Positions 12,916-26,416 of a DNA stretch of 64,000 nt are shown in pieces. The stretch lies in NCBI GenBank assembly GCA_965112735.1, contig OZ218965.1:2357548-2421547 (forward strand), in the 5' to 3' direction. Position numbers and translations under genes: made by a program. A model generated the notes under the pieces. That model was not told the DNA's origin, did no database searches, and saw only the letters and a list, made by a program, of their open reading frames with translations. Position 1 is the first letter of the stretch; each line of letters opens with the position of its first letter. Origin of the DNA: Phaeosaccion multiseriatum (Eukaryota > Protista > Ochrophyta, other classes).

Positions 12916-14882
12916 ATGCCTCTCCCTCTTGCGTGTCCTCCTGCATTTCCGCCTGTAATCAGTGGCAGCAGCCAAACCCCTGGGCACGGGCAACTGCTGG
13001 ATCAAAGGAAGCCCCAGGGGAAGGCCCTGGAGAAGCCACAGGAGGCGCGAGGCGATGAATCGACTGGTAGGGGAAAGTGTCGGCGGTACTTCTTGCTGGG
13101 CCTCTCGCTGCTCTCTCTGGCTGTCGTGGGGTGGCACACCAGTCTCCGTTTCACGGGAGAGTGGGGCTTGGCGAAGGACTGGGCAGCGACTGGGAGTGAC
13201 CACAGCTCCACCACCATGCCCTCAGTCGCTGACCACAGCTCCACCAGCAAGCCCTCAGCAGTCGAGGAATGGGCCAGAGAATATGTAAACCGTTTGCCCA
13301 GTGGCGTGGTCGACTGGGCCGGGCTCTTTGGCAATGTGAGCTCTTACGAGGGCCTTGTGGTGGCCTCCACCGTGACCTACCCTTGGATTCCCCGAAACGC
13401 GGTGGTTCACGCCCCGCACGACGGACGGAGCGGTGACTCAGTTGCAGCCGCCAGGCGAGAAGGCAAGACAGCCGCCATGCAGAGCATGGTGGACAGGCTA
13501 AACGCCGAAGGAGAGGACGGAGTGCCCTGCGCCTGCCCCCCGGGCCTGGTAGGGGCTTTCGTGTGGGGCAGCGGGAAGGCAGAGTACAAGGGCGAGAAGC
13601 CCCTCGTGCAGCGCAGCTATGAGCGGTGCGGCTGCCCCTTCGTGCACTTGCACTACGACAAGGACAAATGGAGCTGGATAGGGAAGGTGCGTGAGGGGAT
13701 GCTGCAGTGCTCCACTCCTCCCCGCCCTCCTGCTGGATGTGATGAGCTCCATTTCTTCCCTCACTCCTTGGCAAGCCCTCTTCAGCCCTGAACCTAGCCC
13801 CCCCCCCCCTGGTCTCTCTCTGGTGTGCGCTGTGCGCTGTATGTGCGCAGATCTCTCCGCTGCTGGACTGGCTGGAGGCGGGCCACGCGGCCAACTACAC
13901 ACACGTGCTCTTCAGCGACGCGGGGGACGTGTCTGTGACGCGCGATATGTCGCACTTCATCGAAGCCTTCGAAAAGTACGAGGCGGACGTGCTCTTCGTG
14001 GGCACGCAGGTGAGCAGCAGCACAGCAGTTGGTGGTACGACAAGGGCAAGGGAATGGTGCTGAGCGTGGGCCTGCTTTCAGCGTCTCACCTCCTCTGGGC
14101 TCCTCCCTCTTCCCCATACGCCCACTCGTTTCATGTGTGTGTGTATGTGTGTGTAGGCGGACTGGCCCAACAATAGCACACAGAAATCCTTCGAGGACAA
14201 GGCGTCACCCTACAGCCACCGCCACTCGCACCTGTCGGCAGGCGTGTTCATGGGCCGCACAGACCGCCTCGGTCGCTACCTGCACATGATGGTGCAAGAC
14301 TTCGACGCCTGGGAGGCCTTCCAGGACGAGTTGGAGGTCAAGGGAAGGGCGGTCTTGGACAAGGAGAAGAAGGAGAAGGCGGAGAAGGAGCGGAAGAAGA
14401 AGAAGGAGGAGGAGGAGGAGGAGGAGGAGGAGGAGAAGGAGAAGGCAGAGGAACGGGAGAAGAAGGAGAAGGAGGAGGGGGAGGGGGGAAACATGGACAA
14501 GGCGGAGAAGGGGACGAAGCAGGAGCAGGAGGAGGACATGAGGCCGGAAGTGGAGGGAGGGGGGGACAGTGGGCCGCCTCAGACGGCAAAGGGAAATATG
14601 CTGCAACAGAAAGTGAAATTGATGAAGGGCGGACGAGGAAGAAGAAGGAGGAAAAGGAGACGGAGAAGGTTGCCGACGTCGGAGCAGACTGAGGCGAGGG
14701 TGCTGCAGTATCGCGACCCGCACGATAAAACAGGGGGTCCTCCCCCCAAATGGAGCCACCGCATCCAGTGGGACGACCAACGGGCCTGGCGCAAAATGCT
14801 CGTGTCTGAGCACCCCCGCATCAAGGTGGACAGCCTGTGTCTGCTGTTCCAGCGCCTCGACGACCAAATGCATGTGCTGTAG
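12916..14882 (+). CDS. Type II membrane PLOD/LH3-N-terminal-like glycosyltransferase (multi-exon; start uncertain, possibly ATG 12789)
   Basis: TM YFLLGLSLLSLAVVGW. Motif order VLFSDAGDV ... VLFVGTQ.ADWP ... HLSAGVFMG ... WDDQ ... IKVDSLCLLFQ matches the PLOD GT pattern (DxxD, cWP, LNSGxFxG, DDQ, LD...FQ). Confidence 0.6.
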
Positions 14883-15139
14883 GGACAGTGCAGTGCAGGC
14901 AGAGGAGGGCAGCGCCTGCTTCGCTCTCCGACAGTTTTGAAGCATCGTGACTAGATGTACATTTTACAGCACCGCAACTGTAATTGTCAATATATAGCTA
15001 TGTATGGGATGGGGGGGAGGAGGAAAGGAGGAAGGCGGAGTTTAGAACCAACCGCTCAATTTACGAAATCTGTGATCGTATCGAGGAAAAAAATGGCACC
15101 AGACGGTCAACCTCGTCTTCGAGCAAACTTCAAACTTCC

Positions 15140-16445
15140 ATGGATTTGGCAGACCTCAGAGAGCGGCGGCTACGTGCTCTGGGTGCAAGTAGTAACAGCA
15201 GCAGCGGTAGCAGCAGCAGCGATGTAGGTCAGCAGAAGCAGGAACAGGCGAAAGCAGCAGCGCCTGCTTCCTCTTCCTCTGCTAGTGCTGCTGATGTGTG
15301 TCGAAAGACGCCTTTGGATGCCGCAACGGTCGCCTCCCTATTCAATAGTATGTTCGACCAGACAAGGTCAACGCCAGAAGACAAGCAGAGGTGGCTCACG
15401 CAGGTAGGGAGGGGGCAGTCCCTGGTGCAATGGGAGCGACCCTCTTGGCTCCAATGCGCCGCTCTGCATGGCTGGGCCGCTTCTGCGCTGCTCCCTGTCT
15501 CCCTCACCCCCCCACCGCCCCCCGACCCCAACATGCAGGGCTTTGTGCTGTGCTCGGAGCCTTCCTTCGGCCTGGAGCAGGGCAAGGGCGGCCCGTGCGC
15601 GGTGCTGGCGGCGGTGCAGGCGGAGATGCTGCGCTTTCTGCTGTTCGGAGGGCGGAAGAGGACTGCAGAAAAGGAGGCAGCTGAGGACGGCAAGGCTGGG
15701 CCAGCGGTGCGTGAAGTGCCGCAGATGACGACCGAACAGGCGGAGGACTGTCTCGTCAAGGCCGTGTTGAGCATCCTGGCGCTGGTGGTGGGCGACGAGG
15801 CAGATGGCGCGAGAATCGCGGTGGTGACGACCGTGGGAGGAGGGGGAGAGGTTGGCACGAGTAGCGAGCAGCTCAAGTACCAGCGGATGGACCTGCCCGT
15901 GCCCGAGGGGCTGTGGAGCGGGGATGAGGGCTCCGCGAGCCTGACAGCCTCCACCACCTTCCGATACGTCAAGGACGAGGCCCTGGGCCAGCTGCGCGGC
16001 AGCCACGGGATCTTCCTGTTCGTCATGTCGCTGCTGCTCAGCAGGGGCCTGGATAGGGTCAAGCAGGATAGAGACGACTCCGACGACGGCTGCCTCACGG
16101 GCCAGTTCGGGCACAGCTCCCAGGAGCTGCTCAACTTGCTGCTGTGCGGCCGGGCTGTGTCCAATGTTTTCGACGGCGTGCAAACCTTGGGGGAGTCCGG
16201 CATGACGCTGAATGGGGTGCCGCACAGACCCAACGTGGGCTTCCTTACGCACCTCGAGGCACTCCGCTACTGCCAGGTGATGGTGATACCCTCGCTACTT
16301 TCACGTTCCTGTGGCTGACAAGAGCGGCTGAGCGAGCGGCTGAGCAGCTTCGGTGTGCGGGCTGTAGCGCTCCTCCTCCTCCCCTGGGCGGGTCTCCCCT
16401 GACTGCCCTCCCCCAATCCCTCCCACCCTCGCCCCCTCCCTCCCT

Positions 16446-16498
<53 letters not shown>

Positions 16499-18128
16499 CG
16501 TGCGTGCTTGCGTGCCTGCCTGCGTGCCTGCGTGCCTGCCTGCAGGTGGGCACGTTCTACAAGTGCCCCCTGGACCCCATCTGGGTGGTGGGCTCCTCCA
16601 GCCACTACACCGTGCTCTTCAGCGCAGACAGAGCGGCTGTGCGAGAGACCGCCTCCGAGCTGCTGCTGCAGAGAGTCACGCGGGCCTTCAAGGCGGCGGA
16701 CACACAGGAGGCAGGGTTCATCGAGACGGGCAAGCTCAGGGCCGTGCTGGCTGACTTGCTGCCAGAGCTAGCAGGGGACGCGCACGACGGAAGGGTGGGG
16801 GTGAGTGGGGAGTTTGGAGTTTGCCTGGGAGGGTTGCTGGTCCGGGAAAAGTTTCAGTGTTTAGGGATACTCTCTGCCTCCTTCTCTGTTCTGTTCCTGT
16901 CTCTTGTCCCTCTCTCTCCCTGGTCTCTCTAGTCTCCCGCCCCTCCTGCCTCTCTCTCATCTCTCTCCCTCTCTCTCCCTGCGCAGGCCCTAGCAAGCAA
17001 ACTGGAGATGCCTGGCGGCACGGGCATCATCGTGTGGAGCGACTTTTGGCAGGCCGTGTCGAGTCTAATGAGCGGCGCTGCAAGCCTCACGCAGCTGCTC
17101 GGCGGGGACCAAGCGGCGGCCCCACAGCCAGGCTCCCCGGGGGGGGGGTCCCCGCGTGGACAGCAGAGGCCCAGGAGGTACGAGCCGTGTGACACTCCTC
17201 TGCTTCTGCTCTGTGTTGTGTTGTGTTGTGCCCCTGCGACGCGTGCGCTGTTCTTGCCTGGCATGACCTGCAGCTTCTCGCGCCGGGGGTTGCTTGACGC
17301 CTGACGCTGCTTGCCCATGATTCCAGCCTCTGCACGTGACTCATGACTCCTGCGTCTGCGTCTACGTCTGCGTCTACCTCTACCTCTGCCTCTGCCTCTG
17401 CCCTCCAAAACAGTGACTCCGACGTGGCGAGGGAGCTGCAGGCGCAATTCGACGACGTCCCTCCGCCCCTCATTGACGCTGATCTCTCTGCGTCAGGCAG
17501 CGGTGCGGCAGGGGTGGCGGCAGGGGACACAACAGGGGGAGGGGACAGGGACGCCTCCAGCTTCCCCTCGCAGCTGGTGAGAAGCGACTCGGACATCGCT
17601 CGCCAGATGCAGGCAGAGTTCGACGCAGACGAGCAGGGCTGGGGGGGAGGGGATGCTTCGGTGATGGCGGTTGGGTCACCAGTACCCCAAGCAGCAGCTG
17701 GAGGAGGAGGGAGTCAGTTAGGACCAGGGCCCGCTTCCGTCCCAGGGGGTGGGCAGCAGCAGCAGGGGGGGGCAGCGGCGTGGGGAGGTGGCGGCGGTGG
17801 CAGCGGCGGAGGTAGCAGTACCAGTACCAGCCACAACCCTCGCGCGGCCGTGCACCGCCACGACAGCGTGGCCGGGGAAGACGACCCCTCCTTCGAACTG
17901 TTCCATTACAACGGACTCACGGCGGGCGGAAAGAAGACGCCCGCGCTGGTGCGCTTCAGGCTCACGCGGCGCTCCGCAGACAGTGCAGTGGGTGCGAGCG
18001 TATCGCTGGACGGGGGCGGGGCGGGGGCAGGGGCGGCGTATGCGTGTCCGATCGAGGCAGTGCTTCACACCAAATGGCCGGGGGCGAGGGTGGACTGGAG
18101 AGGAACCACCCCCCCCTCCATTGACTGA
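15140..18128 (+). CDS. MINDY3: MINDY-3/4 family (FAM188) deubiquitinase with EF-hand and two UIM-like helices
   Basis: GLEQGKGGPCAVLAAVQA (catalytic Cys), QELLNLLLCGRAVSNVFDG, PIWVVGSSSHYTVLF (catalytic His), LFHYNGL, PIEAVLHTKWPG. SDSDVARELQAQFD and SDSDIARQMQAEFD are UIM-like. Confidence 0.88.
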
Positions 18129-18607
18129 CTGAGGATTGATTCCCTCGCACCTCGACACCCGTCGATGGTCATTTTGCTATTGTGCCTTTTAAAATTAATG
18201 ACTACAACCGCGGCCGCTCGTTACGCCTTGTGGTGGTGGTATGCATGGTCTTGGTGGTGTATGCCAATGGGGCATGCATGGTCTTGTGGTCGGGGCAGGG
18301 ACTCTCTGGCCACACAGCCTCCGATGGTGCAAGTTGAGAAAAGATGTAAAAATCAGGGTAAGGATGGGCTGCTGTATTTCAAAGGATACGTCTGCAAACT
18401 CAATCGGGATGGAGAGCAGGCGGGTTGTGCCATAGAATGACAGCGGCACGACGCTGCACGCGCTCCTCTCCCTCCTGCTGCTACCGCCACTGCTGCTGCT
18501 TAGGAGCAAACAAGATGTCCCCGTTATGAGCTGCTGCGGGCACTTCCCCGCTGCAGACCTCTTGAGCAAGCAAGCAAGCAAGCTTCAACGCCCCCCCTCC
18601 CCTCTGC

Positions 18608-18965
18608 TCAGCTGCTCGCAAGGCCGACCTCCTTCCCGCTGGCCAAGGACCACTTCTGCAGCGCCTCTAGCATATCCTGCGGGGAAGCGGCGGAGGGAGC
18701 GGTCCCGTCCACTGTCACCACCACACGCTTGGCAGCTACGTCCGCCTGCACGTCCGACACGCCCGGCATCTTGCCCAGGATGCGCTTGCACGCCCCAGCG
18801 CACCCATCGCACGTCATGCCCACATCGAACAGGACGGTCTCGGGCTGCGTAAGGAGCAAGGGGGCAGGAACCAGTCGAGAGGAAGGGGGGGGGGTTAGGA
18901 GCGCGTTGAAGTTTGGCAGCGGAATGGGTACATCCTGTGGGCAATCCCAGGATTTTGCTCACCAT
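18608..18965 (-). CDS. ATX1: ATX1/ATOX1-type copper chaperone (HMA domain)
   Basis: ATG at 18965 followed by a GT intron ending at AG 18845 gives MPETVLFDVGMTCDGCAGACKRIL... (MxCxxC). Confidence 0.9.
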
Positions 18966-19227
18966 ACTGTCACGCGCTGTCTCCTCTCGCCTCTCCGACT
19001 CTCCACTAATGAACTATTGGGATCTCGACGAGTCTCTCGTCCCCTCCGAGTGGTAGCACAGGGAATGAGAAGGCGCAGAGAAAGGTTGATTTGCGGATTG
19101 CGGATTGCGGAGAGATTGAAGGAGGATGGCGACTGCTGTATGCCCACCTTGGGTGGAAAAAGTGCCATTTTCTTCTTTCCCTCTTGTTGGATCGTTCCTC
19201 CCACAGATCCCCATCACAGGCAGCCTT

Positions 19228-21109
19228 ATGGGAGCAGCTGCTCTGACTGCAGCCGCTGTCGCCCTGCTGCTCTGGGGAACCGTGGACGTTTGCACAGCAT
19301 TCTCGGGAAGCATGTCGGGCTTCTGGCTGAAATCAAAGCAGAGCGGAGTAGGAGTGAAACTTCAAGACTGTCCCACAGCGGAGTCCGAGGAGGGGTTGGG
19401 CGAGGCTCCGGTGCGGAGGGTAGAAACTGTGGACCTGGGTGGCCGAGGCATTCGCGTGACTTGCCTAAGCGACTTACACACGGACTACAAGCAGGTATGA
19501 GGAGGGAGCTGCAGAAGCGAGGAGGTAGTCGATCAGGGCCCTAACGTCGACGCATTGCAACCCCTGTACCGCAGAACTTGCAGTACGTGAAGGACTGGCC
19601 ACGTGAAAAATCGGATAGCAGCAGCTGCAAGCCTTTGGAGGCCATCGTGGTGCCTGGCGATATTAGCAGCAGGTGGGTGGGAGGAGTTTCATTGCCCGCT
19701 CTTGACCACCACGAGAGGCGGTGCAACACCCTTCCTCGATGGCTGTGACAACGCTCTGTTTGCACGTTTTCATCACTGCTTGCGTTTCCAGGACGGCGAT
19801 CTTCAAAGAGACGATGGAGTCGTTGAAGGACAAGTATGACGAGGTGCGTAGCAAAGCGCCCTCGCGGGAAGTACGGTAGTGGATTCAAGCACGCACCTCC
19901 CTCCCTTTGCTCGCCCCCTTCAGGTGTTTGTCATTCCCGGAAATCACGACTTATGGGTAGAGTACGAGTTCAGGTGAGTGGAGAGACCCACCCCCCCTTC
20001 GCCCTTTTCTTCCTACTCTTGCCGCTCGGCTCTTATTCCTTATTGGGCGGGCGGACCACCCCCCCCCCCCCTGAACTATTAAGTCAATAAGTAAACACCC
20101 CTCCCCCCTCCTGAACCCTCCTTCCTGTGCGGCAGAACGACGCGCACGAGCGTGGACAAGAACATCGAGCTGCAGCACTTGTGCAAGGAGCTGGGAGTGA
20201 GGACAGACCCCGTCAGGTTCACTAGTAGCGTGGAGCCGGCCAAGGCCGACCAGAAAGAGGGGGGCGGAGGGCAGGGGCCCTTCTCACTCTGGATCGTGCC
20301 TCTCATGAGTTGGTACCACCCCTCCTGGGACCAGGAGCCAGACCTTCCCACCGCGTTACAGCACCGCAACGGGGACTTTACGGAGCGGTGAGTAGCGCAC
20401 CAGTCACTGGCAGGGGCGGGCACGGAAGAGGTCAGGGAGGGGTGGCACTGCTACTGTTGCGACCGCCTAAATAGGCTCCACAGCTTGTCAGCCTACAGGT
20501 GTCCGCCCGAAGGCGTCGCTCTCTAACCCCATGCGGGCACGGCTTCTCAAACAGTTTGGTACTCTTCACACACACCTTCCTTCCATTGCCCTCTGGTCAG
20601 GTGGGTGGACTTCTACAAATGCAAATGGCCTGCGAGCTTGTGCTCCAAGGTGAGAAGGAGTCGAAAGGAGAAGGGGGGTGTCAGGGACAGGGAGGGCTCT
20701 GTCTGGCGACGGCACCACAGAGTCGGAGAGACAGAGAGGGAGCGAGAGAAGAGAAGAGAGAGAAAGGGGCGGTATCAGCGCGCGCGAGCCCTGCGCGGAA
20801 AGTTAAGACACCACCCCCCCTTCCTGTTGCTTTTGCGCTTCGCAGGAGGGCTTTGTGTCTTTGACGAGCACTGTGGAACGCGACGAGGCCCTCGCCATCG
20901 CCAAGCACTTCTCCGCCCTCAACACGGACTGCATGGACGAGGTGCTGCGGCAGCGCTCGTTGAGTGAGGGCGGGGAGGAGCAGGTGGTCATCTCCTTCTC
21001 GCACTTCTTGCCCCGCAAGGTGCGAGGCCTCCTTGGGGCCCTGGGGAAGCGCTTGTGACCACACTTCTTCTCCCTGACGCTCACGCTCTCGCTCTGGCTA
21101 CGGCTCTCT

Positions 21110-21171
<62 letters not shown>

Positions 21172-21558
21172 ACTGTCTGTGTGTGCGTCCCTGTCCTCAG
21201 GAGCTCATACCAGAGAAGCGTTTTCTACTCGGTAAGGACTAAAGCGGATGTGAGGGAGGGAGAAAGGAACTTTGGCCGCTGTTTACTAGTACCTTACACC
21301 TGCATCGCTCCCCGCCCTCCCACTGCCCACCCCTCCCAGAGCCCAACTTGCCGCGGGTTGTGGGCAGTGCCCCTCTCATGTCGGACGTGGCGAAGCTGCA
21401 GCCCGACATGCACTGCTACGGCCACACGCACATACCGTACGACGCGCTGGTGAGGTGCCGCACAAGTACACGTGCAAAGTTTCAATGCTTCGCAGCTTCT
21501 TTTCTGTCTGTCTGTCTGTCTGTGTGTCTGTGTGTCTGTCTGTCTGTGTGTCTGTCTA

Positions 21559-21609
<51 letters not shown>

Positions 21610-21616
21610 TTCTGCC

Positions 21617-21659
<43 letters not shown>

Positions 21660-22101
21660 GTGTCTGCCTGTCTGCCTGTCTGTCTGTCTGTCTGCCAGTC
21701 TGGCTGTGTCAGGGCAAGCTACGTCTGCCCTCGCACGAGTCGCTGTGCCGTTGGAACCTCTCGCTCTTTTCGTGACTTTCTTGGTCTTCCTCTTTTCTCG
21801 GTCCCTCCTTGCTCTCTTTGCATTGATGCTGTAGCTGGACGGCGTGCGGTACACGCAGTGGCCGCTGGGCAGCGTGAGGGAGCAGACCGTCCAGTGCCGC
21901 CCCATGAGGGAGCATGGCCCTTGCCTGCTCTTCAGTCGCGCGGGCCGTGGCGCCCCCGCCCTGGACGGGGAGGAGCAGCAGCAGCAGAGCAGCGGCTTCC
22001 CGGCCATCCACAAGACCTTCTGGGGGGAGTACTACAGCAAACACGAGAGGGACACCACCGTGTTTGACGTTCCGGATTACGCCATGGGAAGGCGCAGATA
22101 G
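19228..22101 (+). CDS. Calcineurin-like metallophosphoesterase, multi-exon, with signal peptide + AF leader
   Basis: LSDLHTD, VVPGDIS, IPGNHDLWV, SFSHFLP and HCYGHTH motifs in canonical order across exons. Confidence 0.85.
21503..21693. repeat. Intronic (TCTG)n microsatellite
   Basis: Read directly. Confidence 0.9.
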
Positions 22102-22358
22102 TATATAGAGGCGTACGAGCAAGAGCAAAGCGTCCACCGTTATTCGGCTTGGTCTGGAGAAGGGAACTTTTGGTTGTCATCGTTTCGTCTCTGTTTTGAT
22201 TTACGGGTTGTTTATGTACACTTGACTACACCAGGCGCCGAAAATAGGCCGGGTGATGCTGTAAATATGTAGCTGGCCTACAACGCTCTCTATATACACA
22301 AAACTTGAGAGCAGCGTATGGTATGCCCCCCCATTGTACTCCTACTTGCATTCCTACT

Positions 22359-23934
22359 TTACTTGGTCACCTTGAACTTCTTGACCTTGTCCAGCAGCAC
22401 CTTGGCGTCGCCCGTCGCGAAGTGTGCCCTGACGGGCTGCAGGATTCTGTTGAGGGCCTCCGCGCAGGCGGGTTTGAGGTCCGAGGGGTGCAGCTTGCCG
22501 CTCACGAAGTCCGCCTCGAGGGCCTCGTAGCTCGAGTACACTTCAGTGGAAGAGTCGGCTTTGAACGTCACGGACAGCTGCACAGAGAGAGAGAGAGAGA
22601 GAGAGGGGGGGGTGTTTAGGGGGGGGGGGGGGGGGTGCCGTCACCCACAAACGGAGGGGGCTAAAGCCATGGCTGGGGGAGAGGGGAGAGAATGCGCGAG
22701 GCGCCGTTCATGTTTGCCTTCAGCGATCTTGGTGATTCGTGTCGTCATTCGAGCCGAAGCCGTCGAGAGTAGCAAATATTTTTCACATCCTCGGCGAAAC
22801 ATGAGCGCCAGCAGCGGCAGTGAGAGAGAGAGAGAGAGAGAGAGGAGGGAGCAAGGCGATCGCGCTCGAAGGGGTGTATACACCAGCCTCTCCTGCCTTC
22901 ACCTGTCCGTAGTAGCCGAAGAGCAGGTGCTTCACGTAGTCCAGGATGGGGTTGCCCTCCGCCACCCCGGGGGGGCAGAAGGCCTTCTTGATCTTGCGCG
23001 ACACATCCTCCGCGGAGTCCTCCATGAAGATGGCGGAGTCGGGCTGCGATTTGGACATCTTCTCCTGCCCCTCCGCCAGCCCGGCCAGCATGTGGTGCCC
23101 CAGGATGACGGGCTTGAACTTGCGCTTGATCTGGTCGCAGTACTCCCTGGCCAGCATGTTGACCTTGCGCTGGTCCATGCCCAGCTGGCAAATGTCCGCC
23201 TTGAGGAAGAACACATCCGCGCACTGCATGCAGGGGTAGAAGATCTGGCTGGAGGGGATGGAGTCGGCGTCCTCCTGCCGGCCCATGATGGTGCCGCACT
23301 TCTTGATGCGCGCCAGGCTGTTGAGCCGCGCAATCTCCATGACGCGCGACCAGTACTCGTCAGGGGCCTTGTTGATCTCCTCGCTCGCCCACAGGAACTG
23401 CACGTTGGTCATATCCATGCCCACGGCCTTCCAAATCTCGATCATGTACTTGCCCACGGTCTGGATCTTTTTGAGGTCCCCGCCCATCTTGTTGTTGAGC
23501 TGCGCGAACCAGTCCGCGACCCAGAACTTGAAGTGGCAGCCCGCCTTGGTGAGGCGGTTCACGTTGATGACCCTCAGCACGCCCTGCGCGATGTGCATGC
23601 GGCCCGAGGGCTCGAAGCCGTCGTACACAATGGGGTGGGGCCTGGCCTCGAGCAGCTTGCGCAGCTCCTCCTCCTGGATGCACTCCTCGGCCACGCTGCG
23701 GCATAGGCGGAAGCGCTCCTCCAGGGACTCCGTGGACGCCCGGAGCTGAGACACGTCGAACGGCGGCACCTACGTGGGGGGGAGGGTAGAAATCGTCAGG
23801 GAACTACTTGTTCTTTTTGCGCTCAGCTCTTGCCGTGCCCACTCACCGGCAGCAGCTCCGGCTCATCCCCGCCCTTCTTGCTCTTGCTCTTGCTCTTGCT
23901 CTTGGATCCCGCAGCACCTGCCCGAGGCGCGTGA
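22359..23934 (-). CDS. YARS: Cytosolic tyrosyl-tRNA synthetase (eukaryote/archaeal type); 5' exons and start not resolved
   Basis: YDGFEPSGRMHIAQG (HIGH equivalent), YPCMQCADVF, LGMDQRK, KMSKS, and last exon LHPSDLK...RAHF. Confidence 0.93.
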
Positions 23935-24572
23935 AGCAGGAAAGAGTTGCAGTGAGTAAGTGATGTAGGACAAAATGGCAGAGGAGGAGGGGCCGGGGCG
24001 TACAGCGACCCGATGAGTGCTCGAGATAATGAGATTCCGATTTGTTCGTCAGCACTGCCGATGCTCACTACAAGCTGGCTCTGCTGTCCCAATCAATATT
24101 CATCATTGCACATGGGGTTGCCAATTCATATCCTTCACTTCGCAGATGCTTGCCAATTGCGAGTAGAAAGACGAGAACAGGGAGTGGTGGGTGGGGGTGC
24201 GAGACTGCAGAGGTAGTGCATATCGAGGCCTGACTCCAGCTAGGAGAATGGAGACAGAGGGAGGCCAGAGTTGCTGTTGGCAGAGGCGCAGTTCCCCCTG
24301 GCCATCTCAGCGTCTCTCTGCCCACTCACCGATCTCCAGCACTGCGAACTTGGCCGTCGGGCACAGCTTGATGTTGCCGGCCATGATGACTACTCCAGCT
24401 GCCTCCTTCGCTCCTCCTGCCGCCGCCCCTTTTTCTCTTTGTGGTGTGGGCCGCCCATTTTCAGCCGGGGGAAAAATTTTAGTTTGGAAGCTGCTGGCGG
24501 CTTCTAACCTCAAGCGCGGCCCTCACACACGAGTCAATTTGTGCGTCAACGGCAGCGGCAGAAGGAGGAAAG

Positions 24573-25731
24573 ATGGCGAGTCCCAACCGCAGTGTTGTGA
24601 TGGCGCTACTTCTGCTGCTGACCGTGGCGGCCCTGCTCCTTCCCGCGTGCGATGCCTTCCTGAGGCCGGCCGGTTTGGTGGCGAGGGTGGCCCAGGGGCG
24701 AGGCGGGAGGGGCAGCGGCAGCAGCGGCAGCACCAGCCTGCGGATGGGCATCTTCGACGACGTCTCTGTTCGTCTGAAGAATGCCATGAAGTGCGGCAAC
24801 AAAGAGGAGCTAGGCACGCTCAGGAACATTAGGTGAGGCTGTTTTTTAGAGGCTCAGCTTTTCCCTTCTTCTCCTCGCAAGCTCCACTGACCCACGTACC
24901 CCTCTCATGAGTTGCGATAGCCAACGTGCCCCTCTCGCGAGCTGCACTGACCCTCTCTGGTGAGGTCCACGGACTCACACCCGCCCCGGCCCCGTCCACC
25001 CGTCCACGTGCCGCTCAGGTCCGCCTTCCTGACGGAGACCAAGTCCTCTGGTGCCGGTGATAGCCTGCCTGACGACAAGTGCCTGACCATCTTGAAGAAG
25101 CTGGCAAAGCAGCGAAATGGTATGGGCAGGGCCTTATCATCTATCAGTTTCGTCTGTGGCTGCTTCGAATGTGTTTGCCCTGCTCCCTGGTGCCCTCAAG
25201 TGATGTTTACGCCTCCGATCCGCTGGCCTCAATTTTGCTTCGTCTTGTTCTTGTTTCCCACCTTACTTCGCCCGCCCTCCAGAGTCAATCGATATGTACG
25301 TAAAAGGCGGGCGCGACGAGCTGGCCGAGGCAGAGAAGAAGGAGGTGAGCATAACGAAGCATGAACACAGTAGCCGCCCGGCGCCTGTCGGTTGAGAGAG
25401 TCGAAGAAAGGGCTCTTCGCGGAGGTGCTGCTCTGGCCACGGGACTTCTGTAAGCTTTCTGCCGCCGTCTCACCCCTCTCGTGCCCCCTCTTGTCTGTGC
25501 CTGTTCTTGTTCTTGTATGTACAGCTGGACCTCATCAGCGCCTACCTGCCGACGCTAGCGGACGCGGCCACAGTGGAGGCATGGGCAGACGCGGCCATCG
25601 CTGAGGCAGGCGCCAAAGGACCGGCAGAAATGGGCAAGGTCATGGGCCTCATGATGAAGCAGCACAAGGCCGAGATGGACGGCAAGCAGGCACAGGGCAT
25701 CGTGGCGGCCAAGCTCAAGGCCATGCAATGA
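24573..25731 (+). CDS. GatB/YqeY-domain protein with bipartite plastid-targeting leader (4 exons)
   Basis: Signal peptide ending CDA|FLRP. LKNAMK...LGTLRNIR, KKLAKQRNESIDMY..GGRDELAEAE, AYLP and EMGKVMG...MDGK are typical YqeY motifs. Confidence 0.88.
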
Positions 25732-26416
25732 CGGGGGCACCTGCTCGCAGAGGTCCCGCATTGGGCAGGGCAGCGGGGGCTTGGGCTTTGCAAGGGCGGG
25801 GCGTTTTGGTCACTGGGGGGCTCGAGAGGGCTCAACATGAAGGGTTGGAGGAGCTGCATCACAGGGGTTGCACATAGAGCGTATCGCACTCAGGTACACA
25901 GATAAAATAGATCACAAGACTTTCTCGTTACGCGGATCTGTTTTTTTCTTCTTTCTCCCCTCGGCAAATACTGGAAAGGACATAAATTTGGTACAGCCCT
26001 TCGGTATCCAGGGAGTGGAGCGTGTGGCAGACAATCAGTCTCACAATGTCTTCCAAGCAGGGGGGTGCGAGGGGAGGGAGGGCATGGACCGGAAGGAGCG
26101 TCCGGGAGGGCGCAGGAAAGCACACCTGCAGTCCTCAGAGAGAACGTCCTCAGAGAGTCTAACCAAACAAAAAAGGGAGGAGATAAAATAAGTTCCTATT
26201 CCGTGCTGCTATGCTTACTTGTTCAGGTAGACCAGGCAGGGCGGTGTGATGCACCTGGCTGCCCCTTCAAAGCCCTACCCTGGATCGCTCGTACTTTCCT
26301 TCAATAAATACAGTGCCGTACCGTGTGCTCTGTGCCCTTTCCCACGCACAAGTCTCTGTGTCACAAAAGCCTCAAGCCTACCAGAGCCTGCCCGCCTGCC
26401 TGCCTGCCTGCCTGCC

